Of a stretch of 32,000 nucleotides of DNA, positions 26,281 to 32,000 are shown in pieces. The number at the start of each line of letters is the position of its first letter. Within the stretch, counting starts at the first letter, position 1. The stretch is from Okeania sp. Lineage in GTDB: Bacteria > Cyanobacteriota > Cyanobacteriia > Cyanobacteriales > Microcoleaceae. The notes under the pieces are model-generated. The model had not been told where the DNA came from. It was given only the letters and a program-made list of their open reading frames with translations, and ran no database searches. Both the position numbers and the translations under genes were made by a program. The DNA is taken from contig NZ_JAYKGW010000157.1 of assembly GCF_035285525.1 (NCBI RefSeq), forward strand, positions 14,711 to 46,710. The letters are read 5' to 3'.

Positions 26281-29200
26281 ATGGCTTATTTAGATAGAAA
26301 ATCTGGTAATAATCAGCAAGGTATAAGTAATGGTCAATCTGTGGAAATAAATACAGAAGCAGTTGAACAATTAGAACGTTTGCTGAATTTATTAACTGAC
26401 TTGAACTTAATTAGTTTGCCAGTAAAATTAACAGAGAAGTCTATTAAGTCTGATGAGCAAAAACATTTGCTCATCACAGAAACTAATGAGATGGAAAAAA
26501 ATCATAATTCTCTTCATCAGAATCTTATTAAAGATTCTGTTGAAAATGATGATGATGTTATTGATGTTATTAGTTATCTAGTAGAATTAACGGAGGAACC
26601 TATTAAGAATGATGAGCAGAAAATTTTGCTCATCACAGATACTAATAAGGTAGAAGACAATCATAATTCTCTTCATCAGAATCTTATTAAAGATGATGAT
26701 GAAGTTATTGATAAAATTATATTTGACACTGGCAAAAATTACGTTTTTCCATCTCAAACATCAAACTTTAGTCCTCGAAATTTGAGGAATAAATTCTGTT
26801 GTAAATCAACCATAGCTCCTGGTTCCTTAAAGTACAATTTTTACTTTCTAGCAGAATTAACAGAGAAGTATGATGAGCAGAAAAATTTCCTCATCACAGA
26901 CACTAATGAGGTGGAAAAAAATCATAATTCTCTTCATCATAATCTTATTAAAAATGATGATGAAGTTATTGATACAATTATATTTGATACTGGCAAAAAT
27001 TACGTTTTTCCATCTCAAACATCAAATCTTAATCCTCAAAACTTGAGGAATAAATTCTGTTGTCAATCAACCATATATCCTGCTTATTTTAAGTATAATT
27101 TTCATTTTCCAGGAGAATTAACAGAGAAGTCTGATCAACAGAAAAACTTCCTCATCACAGAAACTAATGAGACCGAAAAAAATCAGAATCCTATCAAAAA
27201 TTCTCCTAAAAATAAAGAAAAAATTCTCGATCTGGAGAATCAATCTAGTGATTATCAAAAAGAAATACCAACCAGAGAAAAACCATTCTTTATTTCCTCA
27301 AAATCATCAGAAATATCAGGGTCTCATCACAAAAATTATACAGAATTAGAAGCTTTTGAAATTTTACAAAATATTCTATTTGGTTCACAAATAGCTAAAT
27401 TAATTAGAAATGTAAATACTAACCTGAGCGAACAAAAAATTCATCATCTTCAAGACCAATCAAATAATCTCTCCAACCCTGTATTATTAGAAAATTTATT
27501 AACATATTTATGTCAAACAGAAGGAAAAAATAAAGAAGCAATAAGTTATGCACTAGCTCCTATATTATCTTCCGCATTAGCAATACAAATAGAGCAAGAC
27601 GAACAGTCAATCATTGAAGTTTTAGCACCTTTATTGCCAGGATTAATTTCCTATGCAATCAAGAATTATCCTCAAGAAATTGCTAAAGCTATCGGACCAG
27701 AAATGGGAGCAGCAATTAGAGAACAAGCGAAAATTGACCGACAACAAATTTCTCAAACATTGGCACCAGAAATGGGAGAAGCAATTAAAGAACAAGTTTT
27801 CTTAGAGCGAAATTCCATAATAGATGCTTTATATCCTGTTATTGGAAGTACCATTTCTAAATACATGACAGAAACTATTCGCGAAATTAACCATAAAATT
27901 TCACAGACATTTGGTTCCAAAGTCATAAAACGGAAAATTAAAGCAACTTTACAAGGAGTTTCTGAAGCAGAAATTATGCTTTCGGAAATCAATGATTTTA
28001 GTGTTAAAGCAATATTTTTAATTCACAAAGAATCAGGTTTAGTAATAGCTGAAGCTAAACAACCTGGACTAGAAAAATTAGAATCAGAAATGGTGGCAGG
28101 GATGTTAACAGCTATCCGCAGTTTTGTGAATGATTGTATTGTTCAGTCTGGAGATATTTCCGAGCTAGATGAGATTGAATATGGAGATTCAAAAATTATT
28201 TTAGAGGTGGCTGGACATTGTTATTTGGCAGTAGTAATTAAGAGGGAACCTCACAAATCATATATTAAAGAATTACGCCAAACATTTAGCAAGATTGTGA
28301 TAGATTACGGTCAAGATATTAAGAATTTTTCTGGCGATCCAGAAACAATTCCTAGTTCAATTAAATTACAACTAAAAAAATTAGTAAATGTAGAAGAAAA
28401 GCAAAAATCTTCTGATTCTGAACCACCTACTGCTCTCTTAATACTTTGTGGAATAATATTAAGTTTGATGTTAATTCCTTGGGGTATTTATCACTATAGT
28501 AGTAGAGTTAATCGCAGTATTGAAGTAAAAACTATTAATGGTTGGGCGAATATTCCGCGGTTAGCTTTTTATAGTTTAAATGCAGAAGTAAAAAGAGGTT
28601 ATTTAGTTATAAGTGGGAAATTGCCAAATAAAAATTTACGCAATCAAGCAATAGAAATAGCTGAAAAAGAAGCTAATTTTTATAATTTAAAACTAGATAA
28701 TCAAATAATAATTATAGAAGTACCACCTGACCCCTCGGAAATAAGAGCAGAATTAGAGCTAATCACAAAAGCATTAAATCAAATGAAGGGAGTTTCTATC
28801 ACAACTAAATATACAGAAGATAAGGTGATAGTAATAGGAACCGTGATGGATGCTGTAGATGCTGAGAAAATAATTGCCAAAATTGAGCAAGTCCCTGGGG
28901 TAAAATCTGTTGTTACTGCGATTAAACTAAGTCCACTCACACTGAACAGTCGTATCTATTTTGAGTTGGGTTCAGCTAAACTTCAACCTGCTTATACAGA
29001 AACAATAGTTCAAATTAAACAATTTCTCAGTCAACATCCTACAAAATACCTTAAAATTATAGGCTATACAGATCGTACTGGTGGTCCTGATATTAATCAA
29101 AAATTGGCTCTTGAGCGAGCAACTATAGTCAGGGATGCTTTAGTTAAGCAAGGAGTGGATGCCAGACGATTGATAGTAACTGGAAAAACTAGCTCTCCTC

Positions 29201-29283
29201 AAGATGTGGAAGATAATCAACCATTATTATTGAGTAGATGTGTCGTATTTGAGTTGCTTGAAGAAACTGCAGAAGATAACTGA
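26281..29283 (+). CDS. 1000-aa multidomain envelope-spanning protein: N-terminal tandem repeats, 23-aa helical LAP-repeats, a Roadblock/LC7-like alpha/beta module, one TM helix, two BON-like segments and a C-terminal OmpA/MotB peptidoglycan-binding domain
   Basis: The repeat region is aa ~50-300. There are 5 x 23-aa repeats with xxLAPxxGxAIxxQ (aa ~420-537). The pattern alpha-beta-beta-alpha-beta-beta-beta-alpha runs aa ~572-676 (VKAIFLIHKESGLVIAEA...ESEMVAGMLTAIRSFVNDCI...LDEIEYGDSKIILEVAGHCYLAVVIKR). The TM helix is PPTALLILCGIILSLMLIPWGIYHY (nt 28423-28495). The OmpA_C motif is IYFELGSAKLQP...LKIIGYTDRTGGPDINQKLALERATIVRDALVKQGVDARRL (nt ~28951-29250). Confidence 0.85.
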   Translation: MAYLDRKSGNNQQGISNGQSVEINTEAVEQLERLLNLLTDLNLISLPVKLTEKSIKSDEQKHLLITETNEMEKNHNSLHQNLIKDSVENDDDVIDVISYLVELTEEPIKNDEQKILLITDTNKVEDNHNSLHQNLIKDDDEVIDKIIFDTGKNYVFPSQTSNFSPRNLRNKFCCKSTIAPGSLKYNFYFLAELTEKYDEQKNFLITDTNEVEKNHNSLHHNLIKNDDEVIDTIIFDTGKNYVFPSQTSNLNPQNLRNKFCCQSTIYPAYFKYNFHFPGELTEKSDQQKNFLITETNETEKNQNPIKNSPKNKEKILDLENQSSDYQKEIPTREKPFFISSKSSEISGSHHKNYTELEAFEILQNILFGSQIAKLIRNVNTNLSEQKIHHLQDQSNNLSNPVLLENLLTYLCQTEGKNKEAISYALAPILSSALAIQIEQDEQSIIEVLAPLLPGLISYAIKNYPQEIAKAIGPEMGAAIREQAKIDRQQISQTLAPEMGEAIKEQVFLERNSIIDALYPVIGSTISKYMTETIREINHKISQTFGSKVIKRKIKATLQGVSEAEIMLSEINDFSVKAIFLIHKESGLVIAEAKQPGLEKLESEMVAGMLTAIRSFVNDCIVQSGDISELDEIEYGDSKIILEVAGHCYLAVVIKREPHKSYIKELRQTFSKIVIDYGQDIKNFSGDPETIPSSIKLQLKKLVNVEEKQKSSDSEPPTALLILCGIILSLMLIPWGIYHYSSRVNRSIEVKTINGWANIPRLAFYSLNAEVKRGYLVISGKLPNKNLRNQAIEIAEKEANFYNLKLDNQIIIIEVPPDPSEIRAELELITKALNQMKGVSITTKYTEDKVIVIGTVMDAVDAEKIIAKIEQVPGVKSVVTAIKLSPLTLNSRIYFELGSAKLQPAYTETIVQIKQFLSQHPTKYLKIIGYTDRTGGPDINQKLALERATIVRDALVKQGVDARRLIVTGKTSSPQDVEDNQPLLLSRCVVFELLEETAEDN

Positions 29284-29292
29284 CTATAAATT

Positions 29293-29814
29293 ATGATATC
29301 GAAAAAAATTTGTCTTGTTGGTGATTTTGGTGTGGGAAAAACCAGCTTAATTCGTCGATTTGTAGATCGACAATTTAGCGACCAATATCTTTCTACTGTG
29401 GGAGTGAAAATTTCCAGTAAAGTAGTAAATTTATCTACCACAGAAATAAAAAAAAATAGTTCCTTAAGACTATTAATTTGGGATTTAGAAGGTCATACTA
29501 AGTTTAAGGCGATCGCTCCTAGTTATTTACAAGGTGCTAGTGGAGCTATAGTTGTTGCTGATGTTACTCGTCAAGAGACTATAGCTAATCTTTCTGAAAG
29601 ATTAGAATTATTTTTTTCAGTAAATCCTAAAGGTATCGCAATATTGGCTTTGAATAAATCTGATTTAGTTGATGCAGAGATAATTAATCAATTGCTTTTA
29701 AAACTGAATAATCAGGAAGATGAAAGAGTCATTGCGACATACAATACATCTGCTAAAACTGGTGAAAATGTGGATGATATTTTTGATAAATTATCTTATA
29801 GGATGGTGAAATAA
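29293..29814 (+). CDS. Small Ras-superfamily (Rab/Rup-like) GTPase, 173 aa
   Basis: G1 is GDFGVGKT (nt 29320-29343), a Rab-like switch I is YLSTVGVKI, G3 is WDLEGH (D at 29482-29484), G4 is NKSD (29653-29664) and G5 is TSAK. It starts 9 nt after the stop of the 1000-aa gene. Confidence 0.9.
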   Translation: MISKKICLVGDFGVGKTSLIRRFVDRQFSDQYLSTVGVKISSKVVNLSTTEIKKNSSLRLLIWDLEGHTKFKAIAPSYLQGASGAIVVADVTRQETIANLSERLELFFSVNPKGIAILALNKSDLVDAEIINQLLLKLNNQEDERVIATYNTSAKTGENVDDIFDKLSYRMVK

Positions 29815-29914
29815 TTAATAATGGATAATGAATAATGAAAAATACCTCTAATAGTTAATGATTTGTTATCCATTGGTAAATAGGATTGAAGCAAATACAG
29901 AAATCTCCTAGTTG

Positions 29915-29968
29915 TAGGGGTTTGGTTTCCAAATCCCTTGATATTTGGGTTTGGAGACCAAACCCCTA
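29915..29968. repeat. Inverted repeat with 19-nt arms (TAGGGGTTTGGTTTCCAAA / TTTGGAGACCAAACCCCTA, 1 mismatch) separated by 16 nt
   Basis: Direct reading. The arms are 29915-29933 and 29950-29968. Confidence 0.85.
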
Positions 29969-29989
29969 GGGTAAAACCTTACAACCTAT

Positions 29990-30043
29990 AACTACTCCCT
30001 ACTCCCTACCTTGACAAAAAGACTTCCATAACAAACTCTAATA
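29990..30043 (-). repeat. Inverted copy of the TTAGGGTTTGCTGAATAAT...AGGTAGGGAGTAGGGAG dispersed module, upstream of the histidine kinase gene
   Basis: The reverse complement reads TTAGAGTTTGTTATGGAAGTCTTTTTGTCAAGGTAGGGAGTAGGGAGTAG. Confidence 0.65.
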
Positions 30044-30125
30044 ATTTAATTATCAATTTTGTTTCCACCCTTCCCACGCTTCTTACTTCCTTGGAATAAA
30101 TTAAATCTTTCAGTGTGTACTACCT

Positions 30126-31673
30126 ATGATTAATCTATTTAAAAAACTCTTATCGTCTCGTCAAACAGAGTATTTAATAATTAATTCCCAGCTAAAAATT
30201 TTAGAGGTATCAAATGGTGTAAAAAGGTTTACTGAATCTCCAGAATTAGCAGTTCCAGGTGAAAATATTCAAAATAGTTTTCCTGAATTAATAGGCTCGG
30301 AAAAAGCATTAAAAGAAGTAATTAGTGGGAAGAGAGAAAGTTTTGAATATGAGGGAATAGCTAAATATTCTAGACAAGAAGATCCCCTATATTTTGATAT
30401 TATTGTAATTTCTGATTTAGATAATCATTACCAGGGGCGAAACTTAATTGTATTAGTAGAAGATGTTACTGAAAAAATGGTAATGCAGCAGCAGCTAACT
30501 CAAAGTGCTAATGAATCTCATCTCTTGTTAAGTGCTTTAACTGCTTCTCAGGATTATATTAATAAAATCATTAACTATATGGCAGATGCTTTATTTGTCA
30601 CCACAAGTTCAGGAGTAATTAAAACTATTAATCATGCCGCAGAAATTTTATTTGACTATCCAGAAAAAGAGTTGCTAGGTAAAGAAATTTCCCTAATTAT
30701 TCCCCAAGAAAATTTACTACATAAAGCCCGACAAAAACATTTGCTTTTACAAGGAAAAGTATCTCAAGATGTAGAATTAATTTGTTATAACCAAAGTGGA
30801 GAACAAATAATTGTTGAATTTTCTTGTTCAATAATTCAGACAAATGTGGAAGGAGTCAACAATTTTGTTTATATAGGTAGAGATATTACAGAGCGGAAAA
30901 AAGAGGAAGAAAAAATACTTCAAGATTTGGAGCAAGAACGAGATATGAGAGAATTAAGGGGTCGTTTTTTCTCTATGGTTACTCACGAATTTGGTAATCC
31001 TTTAAATACAGTTTTATTGTCTACTCAAATGCTTCGCTCTTATGAAGACCAAATTACTGAAGAAGAAAAAAGTCAATATTTACTCTTTATTGAAGAATCT
31101 ACCCAAGAAATGTTGGAACTGCTGGAAGATGTCAGGTTTATTGGTAAAGCAGATGCAGGAAAACTACAATATAGACCAGAACCTGTTGATTTGATTCAAC
31201 TATCTTCTCATATTGTTAATTCCATGAAAGTTACTGCTAGTGATAAACATATTATTGACTTTAAAGTTGATAATAAATTATCTACAAATTATGAGTTTAA
31301 ATCTGACAATGATGAGATAGAATTTTTCTTGATGGATGATAAATTAATTAGGCACATTTTAAATAATTTATTGTCTAATGCTATTAAGTATTCACCGACG
31401 GGAGGTCATGTAGATTTTCAGTTGACTTTGGATGAAAAAAAAGCTATTTTTTCTATTAAAGATGAGGGTATTGGTATTCCAGTTGAGAGTCAAAAAAATT
31501 TATTTGAATCTTTCCATAGAGCAAGTAATGTCGGCAAAATATCAGGAACAGGATTAGGATTATCTATTGTTAAACAGTGTGTAGAGTTGCATGGTGGAAA
31601 AATAAATTTTTCTAGTGAAGTTGGCAAAGGAACTACTTTTATAGTTGAAATTCCATTAAAAATATTATCTTAA
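30126..31673 (+). CDS. Soluble sensor histidine kinase: two PAS-like domains, HisKA and HATPase_c; no TM segment and no receiver domain
   Basis: 515 aa. The H-box is FFSMVTHEFGNPLN (His codon 30984-30986), the N-box NNLLSNAIKYSP, the G1 IKDEGIGIP and the G2 GTGLGLSIVKQCVELHGG. PAS-like core: INYMADALFVTTSSGVIKTINHAAEILFDYPEKELLGKEI. Confidence 0.92.
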   Translation: MINLFKKLLSSRQTEYLIINSQLKILEVSNGVKRFTESPELAVPGENIQNSFPELIGSEKALKEVISGKRESFEYEGIAKYSRQEDPLYFDIIVISDLDNHYQGRNLIVLVEDVTEKMVMQQQLTQSANESHLLLSALTASQDYINKIINYMADALFVTTSSGVIKTINHAAEILFDYPEKELLGKEISLIIPQENLLHKARQKHLLLQGKVSQDVELICYNQSGEQIIVEFSCSIIQTNVEGVNNFVYIGRDITERKKEEEKILQDLEQERDMRELRGRFFSMVTHEFGNPLNTVLLSTQMLRSYEDQITEEEKSQYLLFIEESTQEMLELLEDVRFIGKADAGKLQYRPEPVDLIQLSSHIVNSMKVTASDKHIIDFKVDNKLSTNYEFKSDNDEIEFFLMDDKLIRHILNNLLSNAIKYSPTGGHVDFQLTLDEKKAIFSIKDEGIGIPVESQKNLFESFHRASNVGKISGTGLGLSIVKQCVELHGGKINFSSEVGKGTTFIVEIPLKILS

Positions 31674-31687
31674 GATTAGGGAGTAGT

Positions 31688-31830
31688 TTAATAATTAATA
31701 ATTAATAATTAATAATTAGGGTTTACTGAATAATTCTTTTTGTACTTGGCAGGGAGTAGGGAGTAGGGAGTGTGGGAAGTTTGGGGAGTTTGGGGAGTTT
31801 GGGAAGTTTGGGGAGTTTGGGGAGTTTGGG
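31688..31830. repeat. Repeat block after the kinase stop: (TTAATAA)x4 heptamers (31688-31717), the TTAGGGTTTACTGAATAAT module (31715-31775) and G-rich short tandem repeats GGGAGTA / AGTTTGGGG (31751-31830)
   Basis: Direct reading. Confidence 0.85.
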
Positions 31831-32000
31831 AAAAAATACTCTATTTGATAAGATTAGGGATTAAAAACTAGGTAGTAAAAAGTAGGAATAAATGTAGGGG
31901 TTGTGGGATATGTAGGAAGTGATAAAAAAAATACTCTATTTTATAAGATTATCGAGTAGGAAAGAATCCGGGAAATCTCGAAAGTGTAGAAAGTGCGAAA

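Noticed and set aside
27167-29441. Short ORFs 27167-27349 (+), 27753-27992 (-) and 29217-29441 (-) overlapping the 1000-aa and GTPase genes
   Set aside because: They are alternative-frame or antisense ORFs inside well-supported long genes.

Overview
This is an AT-rich cyanobacterial chromosome segment. The taxon call rests on nine HIP1 octamers (GCGATCGC, starting at 857, 5014, 8487, 10783, 13844, 19232, 21084, 23704 and 29509), many heptanucleotide STRR-like arrays, and roughly a quarter to a third of the window being repeat-filled non-coding spacer. That architecture resembles Trichodesmium-like Oscillatoriales, but this is inference and I cannot verify it without a search.

Housekeeping anchors are gatA (4236-5693, -) and gatB (20049-21533, -). 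Between and around them lie:
- a partial TerB-like gene at the left edge
- an 826-aa acidic hypothetical protein
- an orphan IS630-like HTH ORF
- a secreted COP23-domain protein followed by two trypsin-like serine proteases, one fused to TPR repeats
- an envelope-modification group: an MBOAT O-acyltransferase, tandem DltD/AlgJ-like partner genes (the first a nonsense-riddled pseudogene), a flippase-like membrane protein and a GT2 polyprenyl-phosphate glycosyltransferase
- two adjacent Fe(II)/2OG-type oxygenases (an FIH-like JmjC cupin and a P4H-like enzyme) that share an N-terminal helical module
- the most interesting candidate system, at 25.6-31.7 kb: a coiled-coil protein, a 1000-aa protein with internal repeats, a Roadblock/LC7-like domain, one TM helix, BON-like segments and an OmpA C-terminus, a Rab/Ras-like small GTPase 9 nt downstream, and then a soluble PAS histidine kinase.

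I saw no rRNA, tRNA or CRISPR array. The spacers are built from a small vocabulary of dispersed modules. These include a MITE-like family with GTAAGCATTCAGC-type termini and 8-bp target duplications, an 83-bp tandem array, hairpin modules, and heptamer arrays that sit at start and stop codons. Functional calls come from motif recognition by eye and need HMM or BLAST confirmation.
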